Part shown: one piece after another, positions 37,627-50,419 of the stretch
Layout: every line of letters begins with the position of its first letter
Position numbering within the stretch: position 1 is the stretch's first letter
Assembly (NCBI GenBank): GCA_030390025.1
Contig: CM059448.1
Span: forward strand, 4,154,001-4,218,000
Direction of reading: 5' to 3'
Length of the DNA: 64,000 bases
Source of the DNA: Squalus acanthias
Lineage: Eukaryota
Made by a program: the position numbers and the translations under genes
The notes under the pieces: model-generated
What the model was told of the DNA's origin: nothing
Databases searched by the model: none
Seen by the model: only the letters and a program-made list of their open reading frames with translations

Positions 37627-38394
37627 TAGAACATAAGAATTAGGAGCAGGAGTCGGCCATTTGGCCCTTCGAGCCTGCTCCGTCATTCAATAAGATCATG
37701 GCTGATCTTCTAACTCATCTCCACTTTCCTGCACTATCCCCATATCCCTTGATTCCCTTAATATTCAAAAATCTAGCAATCTCGGTTTTGAATATACTCA
37801 ACGACCGAGCTTCCACAGCCCTCTGGGGTAGAGAATTCCAAAGATTCACCACCCTCTGAGTGAAGAGATTTCTCCTCATCTCAGTCCTAAATGGCCACCC
37901 CCTTATTCGGAGACTGTGACCCCTGGTTCTAGACTCCCCAGCCAGGGGAAACCTCCTCCCTGCATCTACCCTATCAAGCCCTGTAAGAATTTTGTATGTT
38001 TCAATGAGATCACCTCTCATTCTTCTAAACTCTATATAATATAGGCCTAGTCTACTCAATCTCTCATAGGATAATCCCCCCCATCCCAGGAACCAGTCTG
38101 GTGAACCTTTGTTACACTCCCTCTATGGCAAGTATATCCTTCCTTTGGTAAGGAGACCAAAACTGTACACAATACTCCAGGTGTGGTCTCACCAGGGCCC
38201 TATATAATTGCAGCAAGACATCTTTACTCTTATACTCAAATCCTCTTGTAATAAAGGCCAACATACCATTTGCTTTCCTAATTGCTTGCTGTACCTGCAT
38301 GTTAACTTTCAGTGATTCATGTACAAGGACACCCAGGTCCCTCTGAACACCAACATTTCCCAGTCTCTCACCATTTAAAAAATACTCTGCTTTT
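37627..38394 (-). mobile_element. CR1 LINE 3' fragment (young)
   Basis: [49 protein letters not shown]...RRMRGDLIETYKILTGLDRVDAG...WNSLPQRAVEA plus the CR1 tail. Confidence 0.92.
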
Positions 38395-38817
38395 CACTTA
38401 TTCTTCCTCACTTGTATTTATGAAAGTAATTTTCGCTTCAGTTTTACCTCCCTTTTCTCCTCTTTAGTTCCGACCGCCCATCACTTCCCTGTTGACTGGT
38501 AGTCAACCTGTCCCAATGTCATTCTATAAACATTCTGCGGCTAATGATGCTCCTGCTTCCCTTTACAGAGCCCAAAGGGCTCAGACAAGATAAGAAACTC
38601 ATGTAAAATTTGTTCACGACCCATTAAAAACCATTAGCTACTTCATTGTAAAAGTCATTAGCATGTCTCTACTCCAGACATATACCAGTTGTTGTTGATT
38701 CCCTCTGTTTTCGTCATCCCTATAAAAGGGCCAAGTGTCTGACCTACAGCAGTTCTGATGAAGGGCACCCACCCAAATCCTTAACCCATCTTTTCTTTCA
38801 GATGCTGTGGCATCAGT

Positions 38818-39226
38818 TTAGGAACAGGAGGCAGCCATTCAGCACCTTGAGCCTGCTCAGTCAGTCATTTAATTAGATCATTGCTGAATTGTACCTCAAC
38901 TCCATTTACCCGCCTTCGCTCCACATCCCTTACCCAGCAAAAATCTATCGGTCCTGAAAGCTCAATTGTCCCAGCATTCACAGCCTGGGGGGGGGGGGGG
39001 GGGGAGGGAGGAGATAATTCCAGATTTCTACTACCCTGTGTGGAAAAAGTGCTTCCTGATTTCCTTCTGAAAATGGCCAATTTTAAAATCGTGTCCCCTC
39101 ATTCTTGATTTCCCACCAGAATAAATAGTTTCCTTGTATCTACCCTATCGAATCCTTTTAACATTTTAAACACCTCGATCAGATCACCCCTCAATCTTCT
39201 ATACTCAAGGAAATACAAGCCCCGTT
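38818..39226 (-). mobile_element. CR1 LINE 3' fragment, diverged
   Basis: TAGGAACAGGAGGCAGCCATTCAGC tail and the AGATCACCCCTCAATCTTCT (RLRGDL) remnant. Confidence 0.7.
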
Positions 39227-40499
39227 ATGGAGATTCTCAGTTTTCCTCTATACCTCAGAAACTCGTGTACAAGGATACTGAAGACACAAATGAACACGAC
39301 ACCTCTCCAATGCAGCACATTTGATCTTTCTTTTGTATTTTTAAAGCCCGTCAAACATAAAGAGTGATCTGAAATGTTTTAAGCAGGCTGAAAACTCAAG
39401 CACTTGCCCATACTGCTTTTCAAAGCAACAAATTTATTTTAAAAATGAAATCTGGATTTAAAAAAAACCATTGGTTATGACCAAACAAAGTCAAATCAGC
39501 TTTCTTAAGGCCCACCATTCACAAATGAAGAGTCTGAAGAATGGGACCATGAAGAGACCCAGTCCCAGATTTTGAGAGAAAAATCTGATCTAGATAATCC
39601 ATTAACAGATCCACATCAAAGGATATACTGAGGTTAATGCTCTTGCATGTGATTCAACAGCTAGATGTAACTATTCCTAATATTGTTGCTTGCTCATTGC
39701 CACCATTTAATTCAGATTCCAAGAGACCTCCTTCCATTAGCCGGATCCTGGTGGTTACATTATTTATTCAGGTTCCTGTATCCCAACTGCTTACTCGTAG
39801 ATCCAGGAAAAACCGTAGCCACACGAGACTGCTGCCAAGATAAGGTAACCAGATTTAACAGAACAAGCGTCAGGAGCCAGCTCAAGTCTTAATTAAATGG
39901 CACCAATATGAAAAGAAGTTTATAGCGGATTGGAGACCAGTTTCCAAAATGGCAATCCTGACAATGTTAAGGAGAGGTTGGATCAATGAGGCTGACTTTT
40001 TGAAAAGAAATATAACATTTAAACATTATTGATTGTTCATGCAGGTCAAAATTTCAAGAATTCCACCACCCCCTCTCCAAAAGGCAGTAACTCTCATCAG
40101 TTCCACTCACTTCCCAGTGCAGCTACACAAGAACATTTAGCAGCAGTTTTATTTATGGGGGAGAGCTCCTTAAAAAAGTTAAGGAAATAAAGATAAATAA
40201 AATCAAAAATATAAGCTCCCTAGGGGCTCCGTTGTTAAGCTGCATGTAATGAGCAACATAGAGCAGAAACTTCCCAGGGCTTTTCCCTTGACTAGGCAGA
40301 GTTATGGCATTTCAGATGGTGCAGCAACAACGGCAACTCAGGGCTCCTGGATTTGGAGGGGAAAGAACTGGCACAGGCCCGACAGGCTGAATGGCCTCCT
40401 TCTGTGCGGTAAAATTCTAAGTCAATCACGTGACAGGAAAGCAGTTAAAATAATTGGCAAAAGAACTAGAGGGGAAATTAGGACAAATTAGAAATGACT

Positions 40500-41070
40500 G
40501 CACAAATAGGCTATGCGGCCCAACTTCGCCAGTGTTTATGCTACACAAGTCTCCTCCCATCCGACTACTTCTAATCCCATCAGCATATCCTTCTATTCCT
40601 TTATCCCTCACATGTTTGTCTAGCTTCCACTTAAATGTATCTACGCTATTTCGCCTCAACTACCCATGTGGTCGCGAGTTCCACGTTCTAACCACTCTCT
40701 GGGTAAAGAAGTTTCTCTTGAATTCCTTATTGGATTTATTAGTGACTATCTTACATTTATGACTCTTATTTTTGGTCTCCCCATAAGCGGAAACATTTTC
40801 TCTACGTCTACCTTATCTAGAGAAAAGAGCTCCAGCCTGTTCAGTCTTTCCTGATAGTTATAACCTCAGTTCTGAATTCTCCTTACAAATTATTTTTTTT
40901 TTTTTTTATAAAAACACCCTCTTCAGTGCTTATACATCCATTGTGTGGTCTCACCAAGGTTCTATACAAGTTTAACACAACTTCTCTGCTTTTCAATTAT
41001 ATTCCTCAAGAAATGAACCCCAGTGCTTTGTTTTTCTATGGCCTAGTTAACCAGCGTTGATACTTTTAAT
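40500..41070 (-). mobile_element. CR1 LINE 3' fragment, diverged
   Basis: Homologous to 36560-37240 (e.g. TTCCACGTTCTAACCACTCTCTGGGTAAAGAAG; AGAAATGAACCCCAGTGC). Confidence 0.75.
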
Positions 41071-41914
41071 GAGTGCGATAATTAAGACTGAAGATTCTGT
41101 ACAAATACGGATTTATTTATAGCAAAAGCCAGCCTCATCCTCAATAAAAAAAGAGTTCTCCCAGGCCAACAACAAGTAGGCATTTTACCAAATACAAGCC
41201 TTAAAACAGTAGTTGCACCTGCTTTAGTAAAGACAAACACAGCAATACATACACTGTCAAGAGGAAAGGTAAAAGGCGACAAAGGTTTGTAGGACTGGAT
41301 TCTAGCTGTGAGTTCAATAGTTAGGTAGTGCCAATCCTGAATCAACAGAAAATGTAAACCATATTATTCAATCCAATCAGAGAGGAGAGAGGACACCAAC
41401 TCAGGCAACACGTACTGTGGTTACTGGCTATGAAGATAACACAGCTCAGCTGTCAGATATTAAACTGGGAAACCCAAGTGTGGTTTGAGTCATATGGGCA
41501 GAAGTCAAATAGAAGTCTGCTAACAAGTAAACTTATGTCCCCCATGTTCTTTATATGGAATTACAGAACTAATAGAACTGCAACAGCTGCCATGAGACTG
41601 ATTACAGCCCTCAGTAACAAGTTAAATTTGCAACATGACCTTGAAATGAACTTCATTAATACAAAGGGAAAAAAACCGTGGGATAACAATACCTGTCTAC
41701 GCAGCTTTTTACTGGCTGTTTCCTTTGGTCACTGTTGCTTAGCGAGAAGGATAACTTTTGTTTGTGGGCTTGGTGCATTATCTCTATTCATGCTTATATC
41801 TTAGGCAAATATGTAAATCATTTTATCCAGTTATTTTTCTGTTTTGAAGTGTATTGGAATATTAATCTAATTAGGTACACTATTAAGGAAAACTAACTAT
41901 TGTTACACAGCAAA

Positions 41915-42075
41915 TTGTTAAGAGCTGGAATGTACCGCCTGAAAAAGGGTGGTGGAAGCAGATTCAATAATAACTATTGGGGTAAGAGCAGGGGGGAGTG
42001 GGACGAATTGGACAGCTTTCAAAGAGCCGGCACAGGCAAGATGGGCCGAATGACCCCCCTTCTGTGTTCTATGAC
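41915..42075 (+). mobile_element. CR1 tail fragment
   Basis: TGGAATGTACCGCCTGAAAAGGGTGGTGGAAGCAGATTCAATA...GATGGGCCGAATG...TTCTGTGTTCTATGA. Confidence 0.55.
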
Positions 42076-44599
42076 TGGGCCTGAACCAACTTTGTAGGTT
42101 TCATCTTCACCCCCAATTCTTTGTGGCCAGAAGTTAAATTGGAACTTGTTAACACACAGGTATCCCTTTATCTAAAAAAAATATGCACTCCCAACAGGCA
42201 AGAAGTTTCAGCTATTCTGAAGGATTTCCTAGTTCTACATAATTCGTTGAAATCATTTAAAAGAATTGCAAGAGGAAATTTACAGTGCAAATGTCTTTGC
42301 CCACACTGAGCATTAACAAAGGATATTTTATAAGAAAAAGCAAAAAGGAATTTACTTCAGAGAGAGGGAACAGCAGCAGGGGCAGGGCAAAAACAAGAGA
42401 GAGGAAAGATTGAAAAAATACGAGATAAAAGGCAAAAAGAGAGTTGAGAAGGAATAAGGGCCGAGTGGATTTGTCTATCAGTGCACTGTTCAACAGAGCT
42501 TTAAGACACGGGTTTAATCTGCCACAGTATTGCAACAAGAAAGCAAACATTGGAGAAGGGTAGCTGTGGGATTGTGCCCATGACTCCAATGCAGAACTGC
42601 TCAGTCAGGAAGGTGTCAGGTTGGGTGGCAAGGGGCAAATATCAGAGAGGAAGTCACAAGAGGACCCTCTCCCATATCTCCTGGGGGCTGCTATTGCAAT
42701 CCTACGGGATCAAAACTCCAGAGTCGCTGGCCGTGCCTGAATTGAGCCGACCTCACACCACAAGCTCATGATCATATTACTATTGTTGCTCCCAGTGAAC
42801 AAATGTGCTGGGAGTGCACAGAGCATCGAGATTTGGAGCAACAGCAGTGCGTAAATGACTTCTGGCTTCTAAAGAAAGATCGATCTGGAGAGGCCTTAGT
42901 GCAAAGTCAGGGATACCCAGGAAAATTATTTATTTAAACACTGGGCTTCCCCATTTACCACCTGCACTGAGCAAATGAAGCAATGCTCAGCATTCCAACA
43001 GCAACATGGGCTTGGGCCTCATTTAAATACATTTTGGAGCTTTAATGAGCCTTGCAAAAAGCTTGTGCACAGGCTCCAGCACCAGGAGCACTTCTGCTCG
43101 CATTGGGAGCCACAGAATTTTTTTAAAAAGGAGAGCTTATGGCAGCACTGATGCATTCATTGCCAATGAGATGGGGATCCAGTGCTTCAGGACACTGGCT
43201 ATCGCACCAGCCCCCTAGTGCATGACCCAGGAAATGACAGAAGCCAAGGCCGAGAAGGTGCTCAAATTATCAAATGTCCTAGCTACAGAATGGAGAGACT
43301 GTAGAGAAGGGAGAATATTTTTTTTTTTTTTTTTTTTTTAAATGGCAGCTGCTACCCTGCATGCCCAAGATTACAGAAAATTAGATCCTACAGATTAGAG
43401 TTCCGTAGAATGCAGACAGGCAAGGGACAATAATTGTGTAGCAGTTTTCTTAATTAAGGCTGTAGCATACAGATGGACATATGGGAAAAGTATTCAATAA
43501 TTTAACTCATCCTTTTCCTTCATCCCCCCCACCCCAACACACAAATCTAGTCCGGTTACGCTGTTCTTCAGAGAACAGCCGTCTTTGAACATCAAGAACA
43601 CAGATGGTTAAACAGATAAGCAAAGACTAAAGGATTATATATTTAAGCATTAGGGCGAGAACGCTTCTGTTTTAAAGAAGGTATTCAAGACACTGGTGCC
43701 AACAATTATTCACCAATAATGCTTTTGAAAAACATTTGGACAAGTTCGCCGTCTTGGCAACTGGGCAAAGAATATAATCTCCAAGTTCTTTTATCATAGT
43801 ATTTTATAATGGCATTTTCACTATTTATAATGCTTGAAAGAACTCTAAACTGTGGAATTAATTTTACATGCATGCATACACCTGCAGCGCAAGTTCCTGA
43901 TCTATAGCATTGCCCAATTATGATCAGACTTTCAGTAAAACTTTTCCATAAATGTGCATTTCACTGTAAATCAAAAGTAAAAACACCCCAAGAACAGTGC
44001 AGAAACAATGAATTATAATATTTAATTAAACAGTGAAAACCAGCATACCTTTTAACCCCATGTACCACTCACACATTGGGCTCCATGTATCGATAGTGAC
44101 CAACCTGGCAGTGCCTGCACAACACTATTCCAACAGTGCTGCTTCATCCTGTATTGTCCCATTTTTGGGATCACACCTACATTGAGTCACGTACGCTCTT
44201 TTTATCCACTGTTAAAAGGAACACAAAGACGACAAAGTTGAAACCTGTCTATGAATGGGGAATTTATACAACCCGTGAAGGGGGGGGAAACTGCAACCAC
44301 CTGTTGAACACAATAGGTAAAGGCACCTGCAACCTGCTTCAGAGCAATTCAACACACTGAATCTCTGTTCATCTTTTACTCACACACTCCAGTGCTGAAT
44401 TTTCTTTTTGCATGGAAAGCTTGCTTTTGACACTACTCACTGGCTCTGTATGCTGGGCAAATAAAAAGCACAAAAAAAGTTTATTTTCTTCCAAACACAG
44501 ACATTTTGGACCATTTTCTTACAACAGGCAAGAACATCCAACTGTAACTTATTTTGAAACTCTTATTTCACTTCTGGGCTTGCCAATCCCCATTGGCTC

Positions 44600-46235
44600 C
44601 TCATACTGCAACAAATGGACCTCAAGATCTTCCCTTCATTGCCTAGCCCCATCCTACCTCAGTAATCTGCTGCAGTCGCCCATCTCTGCAAACACCCTGT
44701 GCCACGGATACCCCACTTGCACTGCTCGACCATTGGAGGCTGTTTCAGTCATTATGTTCTCTTTTTCCCGGTACATTGAGGAATATATCGGTGCCGTTTC
44801 CTGCTTGTGCCCTGAACTAGAAAATTTCATTCACTTTGCTTCCAATTTCCACCTATCCCTCACCTACACATGGCCCATCTCTGACTCTCCCCTTCCTAGA
44901 CTTCTCTGTCTCCATTTCTGGGGACAGGCTATCAACAAACATCCACTAGAAGCCCACTGACTCCCACAGCTATTTGGACTACACTTCTTCCCACGCAGCT
45001 TCCTGTAAGGACTCTATTCCATTCTCCCAGTTTCTCCGTCGCATCTGCTCAGACGATGCCACCTTCCATACTAGCGTTTCCGATATGTCTTCAACCGAGG
45101 ATTCCCCTCTACCGTGGCTGACATGACCCTCGACAGTATCCATTCCATTCCCGCACTTCTGCTCTCACCCCTTCCCCTCCCTCCCAGAACCACAATAAGG
45201 TTCCCCTTGTCCGCACCTCTCACCCCACCAGCCTCCACATTCAATGGATCACCCTCTGCCATTTCTGCCACCTCCAGCGTGATCCCACCATGAAACACAT
45301 CTTCCCCTCCCCATTCAGCATTCCAAAAGGGACCACTCCCTCCGCGACACCCTGGTCCACTTCTCACTCACCCCCAACAGCCCCTCCCCTTCCCACAGCA
45401 CCTTCCCATGCAAGCGCAGGAGATGCAACACCTGCCCTTTTACCTCCTCCCTTCTCACGGTCCAGGGCCTCAAAAACTCCTTCCACGTAAAACAGCGATT
45501 TACTTGTACTTCTTGCAATTTAGTATACTGTATTCGCTGCTCACGATGCGGTCCCCTCTACACTGGGGAGGCCAAACGCAGATTGGGTAACCGCTTTGCG
45601 GAACACCTCTGTACAGTCTGCAAGCGTGACCCCGAGCTTCCAGTTGCCTGTCACTTTAATTCTCCACTCTACTCCCACTCTGACCTCAGCCTCTTACACT
45701 GTTCAAATGAAGCTCAATGTAAGCTTGAGGAACAGCACCTCATCTTTAGGCACTTTACAGCCTTCTGGAGTCAACATCGATTTCAACAATTTCAGACCAT
45801 AACCTCTGCCCCTATTTTTTTCCCCCACATGGCAGCTGTTGATGATTCTGCCATTCCCATTTACACCTCTTTTACTTATCTTTTGTTTCTTTACTTGTCC
45901 CATTACCATCGCCTTCTGCTTTGTACCATCATACCTTTTGTCTTTTAATCTCTCCTGCCTTCCACCCTATCACAGACCTTCCTTTGCTCTTTCCTCCCCT
46001 CCCCCTGCACTTGCTTAAAATCTGTTACATCTCCAACTTTTTCCAGTTCTGACAAAAGGTCATCGACCTGAAACTTTAACTCTGGTTTCTCTCTCCACAG
46101 ATGCTGCCTGACCTGCTGAATATTTCCAGCATCCGCAGTCCTTTGCTTTTGTATTACGTTGGTGCCCTCTGGAACTCCCTCCCCAAATCACTTTGCCATA
46201 CCATCTCCCTCCCTACTTTCAGAAGCTTCCTACGG
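44600..46235 (+). mobile_element. L2 3' remnant split by the Penelope insertion (44600-44758 and 46160-46235)
   Basis: SLHCLAPSYLSNLLQ..TIGG before the Penelope and ALWNSLPKSL..SLPTFRSFL after it. Confidence 0.6.
44759..46152 (+). mobile_element. Penelope-like retroelement, 5'-truncated and degenerate (RT C-terminal half + GIY-YIG endonuclease)
   Basis: RT motif RYIEEYIGA (degenerate YIDD) at ~44767-44793; GIY-YIG LVYCIRCSRCGPLYTGEAKRRLGNRFAEHL at ~45520-45609; frameshifts present; flanking ATTATGTT/ATTACGTT duplication. Confidence 0.88.
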
Positions 46236-46332
46236 TCATCAAGTACCCCTCATGTCAGGATGGCCAGCACTTATATCATTCCTTCATGTTCTCGATACCA
46301 ATTCAACTGAAGGGAGTTCAGCAATCCTGCAC

Positions 46333-46450
46333 ACTTTCCTACATTACAACAGTGACTACACTTCAAAAAAGAACTTCATTGGCTGTGAAGCGCTTTGGGA
46401 TATCCACTGGTCCTGAAAGGCGCTATATAAATGCAAGGCTTTCTCTTTCA
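46333..46450 (+). mobile_element. DeuSINE 3' fragment
   Basis: TTTCCTACATTACAACAGTGACTACACTTCAAAA...GGCGCTATATAAATGCAAG. Confidence 0.8.
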
Positions 46451-46674
46451 TTAGGCTCACAAAGACACCAAAAAAAAGCTCCCTGAAGGTCTAACCAGAA
46501 GCTGAGACATTTTAGGTTTTATAAACCCCTTGCTTGTTTACTTAATCAGGGACACCTGTGATGAGTTATTGAGCCTAGCTGGCTCATCCACTCCTCATGG
46601 TCCTAGTGCCCTATAGTTTCGGGAGTGGATGTACACTTCATCACACTACTAAACCTCTCTTTAACTGATTTTTA

Positions 46675-48048
46675 GAGGGTTATTTTGGGGAAAGGGTGAA
46701 AACAGACGCTAAGTGGCACGCTTGAGTTTTTCCTGCGACCGGTGGGCGCCGCGGGGGCTGGAGTGCATCGTCACCCCGGACTACCAAATTTTAATTTGAT
46801 TTGTTAAGTTTCCTTTAAAGTTTTATTTAGTTACAGTTACGTTATTGGTTTGATCAAAAGAAGCAGACGCTAAGTGGGTGCTGTGCTAATAAGACATGCC
46901 TGTTTAACTGTCTGGTTTTAGCCCGCAATTTTGGGGCTACTCTTTCTGGTGGGGTGATTAAACAAATCGACTGTAACTTAAGAAAACATTAACTTTCACT
47001 GAAGGTGTGGTGTGTGTGTTGGCTGACTAACTAACTAACACACACACACACAATGGGACATTTCAGGATAGCTCAGGGGCCGAGGGAGAGGATGTACTGG
47101 AGGAGGAGGAGGAGGAGGAGGAGGAGGAGGGATGTCCTGTACCTGCTGGGGTGGGGGAGCAGCCCACCTCACCCTCCTGTCCCTCTCTCCTGCAGCAGCT
47201 GGTGCTGCTCTGCCTGGCCTCCTCTCCTCCTCCAGAACAAGGGGCACCCCTGGCAAGACCCCCATCACCAAGCACTCCCTTTCTCCTGGTGACTCCTATA
47301 AGGTAGAGTAGCACAGCATTCATTCTCTTAAGGTAAAATCCTCAGAGAATCTCCAGGAAAAATGTTGATACGAGTGTTGGTCGTGACAAAGTGTCCCAGA
47401 AAATTTCCAATGTGTCTCAAAAGTCCTCTTCAATTGCAGTGTAGTAAATCCATCTCCAGCAGAAAGTAAACAGTGAAAGCTGAGCATAGCTTTAAGTAGC
47501 ACTCGAAATCCTCAGCAACTACTTGTTTACTTCTGTTCAGCTGGTCACTGTTAGGGGAGGTCGTTAATTGCAGCGCTAGCCAGCAAAATGAGCATGCAGT
47601 GTCCGCCGGTACGCTTGAGGCCTACCGCGACCGGTGGGCACCAGAGGGACTGGAGTGCATCATTGATCCCCGGGACAAAGACATTTTACTTTAATTTGAT
47701 AAGTTTCCTTTTAAATTATTCATAATTTACAGTTTATTGGTTGTGGCCCTTTAAAAAAGGGGGCATTGTTAACCCTTAAACGATGATGACATCAGTCATC
47801 CTGATTGAGATCAGCATAAAAGAATTAGCCAGCAAAATGGCGTGCAGCCTCTTTAATGAGCGTTAGCAGGCAATTTAATTGTCACTCAGAGCCTTAACGA
47901 TCTTCGGTGCGGCCGTTCCTAGCACGGCTTCGACTCCTTTACAAAGATGGTGTCTTACGCTAAAGGCGGGCTAAATCGGCGTCGCAGCTCAAGACCCCAG
48001 CTTGGCCATCTTGGAGGCTCTTTAAAGTACCCGGGGAAAATTGGCCCC
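46675..48048 (-). mobile_element. Probable PIF/Harbinger-type deletion derivative
   Basis: TTA on both flanks (46672-74, 48049-51); degenerate TIRs GAGGGTTATTTT / rc GGGGCCAATTTT; internal ~135-bp direct repeat (46716-46850 vs 47609-47742); recurrent CGCTAA motifs. Confidence 0.5.
47099..47129 (+). repeat. (GGA)n microsatellite
   Basis: About 10 perfect GGA units. Confidence 0.95.
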
Positions 48049-48899
48049 TTAGTTCTTCCCGCTACAACAATAACTTGCATTTATGTAGCGTCTTAATATA
48101 GAAATACGTCCCAGGCGATCCTGAGCCAAAGAATGAGATATTAGGAGGGGTAACTAAAATATTGGTCACACCCTAACCTGACCGCTCCCCACCCCCACTT
48201 TTGTCCATTCTGCTCACAATCCAATGTTTTCCCTGTAAAATGCTTTCTGTACGTGAGGAGCACTTTTAGAAATGTTAATTGTTATTATTTAAAAATTAAA
48301 TACACTCACAGTTATGGCCAAACACAAACAAAAGGCACACAAATAGTTTGAAAGTAACAGGGTTTCAACAGTAAAGCATTCCAGTGTAATTCTAATTTCA
48401 AACCTCCACTTATGCTACAAACAGCTTATCATTTACTGCAAATAAAAGCTTTATATTTTAAATATATGTTGGCTATTTTCCTTTATTGATTTCACGAGCA
48501 GTGATATTGGATAAATAAAAAATAACAATGAATCCTCGACAACAAGGTTATGTAAAAATAAATACATCTTTAATGCAAGGCAAGCATCTTTATTGAATAA
48601 TCTCCAACTCTAATTCATCTGATCCTTACAACAGAATGCATAAAGTATGCTGACATTTTCACTTAACAGGGACCACCCTAAGCCCTGGGGAGAATCTCAT
48701 TTTGTACTTGATCTAGTATGATAATGACATGAGGTTGCTATCTACTCTTACACAGAGTGTCACAGATAACATGCCAGTTTCAAGTCTACACCTCTTTTCA
48801 GAATCGAAATATGTATTCAAACCAAAGATTAGATTTTCAGTACAGTTTCCATTACAAAATACAACCAGATTTTTTTGTTAAAGGTTACATTAGATTAGG

Positions 48900-49046
48900 C
48901 ACAAGCCTTTCACTTCTGGGACCTGACTCAAATCCCGCCCGGACTGATGGGATGGAAGTCTCTTCTGTCTGTTGGCTGTAAGGATCCTATGTATATTAAA
49001 TTGGGGTAGGGGCTCTCTCAACCCATTTCCCATTGGGCACTGTCCA
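48900..49046 (+). mobile_element. LF-SINE-like relic (5' part)
   Basis: AGCCTTTCACTTCTGGG...CAAATCCCGCCCGG...GGCTGT...CCTATGT...CTCAACCCATTTCCCATTGGGCACTGTCCA parallels the recalled LF-SINE 5' half; a sister copy lies at 63400-63715. Confidence 0.55.
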
Positions 49047-49149
49047 AGGAAAAACTCCTTTTGAGAAGATCATAAGAAAATATAGAATGAGAAAAGGCCA
49101 TTCAGTCCACCAAGCCCATTCTTTCTACAGACCAAGTACAATCTGCTTT

Positions 49150-49648
49150 ACAATGAAGCTCAACGTAAGCTCGAGGAACAGCACCTCATCTTTCGATTAG
49201 GCACTTTACAGCCTTCAGGACTCAACATTGAGTTCAACAATTTCAGACCATAACCTCTGCTCCCATTCTTTCAGACAGCAGCTGTGGCTGATGATTCTGA
49301 TATTCCCATTTACACCTCTTCTAGATCCATCTTTTGTTTCTTTACTTGTTCCATTACCATCTCCTTTCGCCTTGCACCATCATCCCTTTTGTCATTCAGT
49401 CTCTCCTGCCTTCCACCCTATCCCAGACCTTCCCTTTTGTTCTTTTCTCTCCTCCCCCCTTTCCCTGCCTCTGTACTTGCTTAAAACCTGTTACATCTCT
49501 AACCTTTTCCAGTTCTGATGAGAGATCACCGACCTGAAACGTTGACTCTGTTTCTCTCTCCACAGATGCTGCCTGACTTGCTGAGTATTTCCAGCATTTT
49601 CTGTTTTTAGTTCAGATTTCCAGCACGCACAATATCTTGCTTTTGTAC
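49150..49648 (+). mobile_element. Penelope 3' fragment (same family as 44759-46152)
   Basis: Collinear with 45705-46152 (AATGAAGCTCAA...GAGGAACAGCACCTCATC...CCACAGATGCTGCCTGAC). Confidence 0.88.
49511..49547 (+). ncRNA. Minimal type-I hammerhead ribozyme motif in Penelope end
   Basis: AGTT-CTGATGA-G-AGATC-ACC-GACCT-GAAAC-GTT-GACT. Core CUGAUGA and GAAA are intact; helix II has one mismatch; helix I is AGUU/GACU; helix III is the palindromic AACGTT. Confidence 0.5.
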
Positions 49649-50419
49649 AATCTGCTTTATCATGGATTCTACTCTTTTGAACTCCTGTGGAAAGGTTCAC
49701 CGTTACCCGAAGGCGAATCAAGAAAAACTTTAGAGTATATAATCTTACATTGTATACTGTACACCCTAGACAAGATTCCTCCCTTGGCATGATACCTCCG
49801 TCAGCTCACAAACCACCATGTCCCACGCAACAGTTAATTATATCTGCAAATATCTTTATAACTTTCATTATAATTTCAGTTTTTAAAGGTGCTAATTGAT
49901 GCAACTTTAACTATTTTATCCATGAGTCCATTTCACCACATTTTGAAAAATGGGAAAATAATTCAGCTAATCTCAAGTTTTACTTGAGACTTGTTAAATT
50001 TATGCTCATTGTGACAATAATGCAGCATTTATTGTCTAGGTTTGTTTTAGTAGCAGTCCCTTTAATTCAGTCACAATACATAAGTAATTTAAAAACCACC
50101 TGTAGTCAGAATCATATTCCCAAGCATAACTTGATACAAATGTCGTGAGGTTTTGTTTGGTTATCCCTGGGTAGCTTGAAGCCCTATTTCAAATATAAAC
50201 ATGCTGTGTGACTGGCAACTCCTTTCGAATTATGCTGACAGTTATTTAAATCCAACAAGCCTCAGCAACTGTTCGAGGGGCATTTAAGTAAATTGAGCTG
50301 TTCAAATCATTGTGTTGGTTTGATATTTTCAAAGGAAAAGATCAGACCAATTGACTCTCACAGTTGGAAAGTATAATAGAAGAATAGCTGTGTATATAAA
50401 GGTTGATTTTCTAAAATTT

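Noticed and set aside
42800-43390. Possible degenerate fold-back or Harbinger-like element
   Set aside because: I could not define matching TIRs or a TSD by eye.
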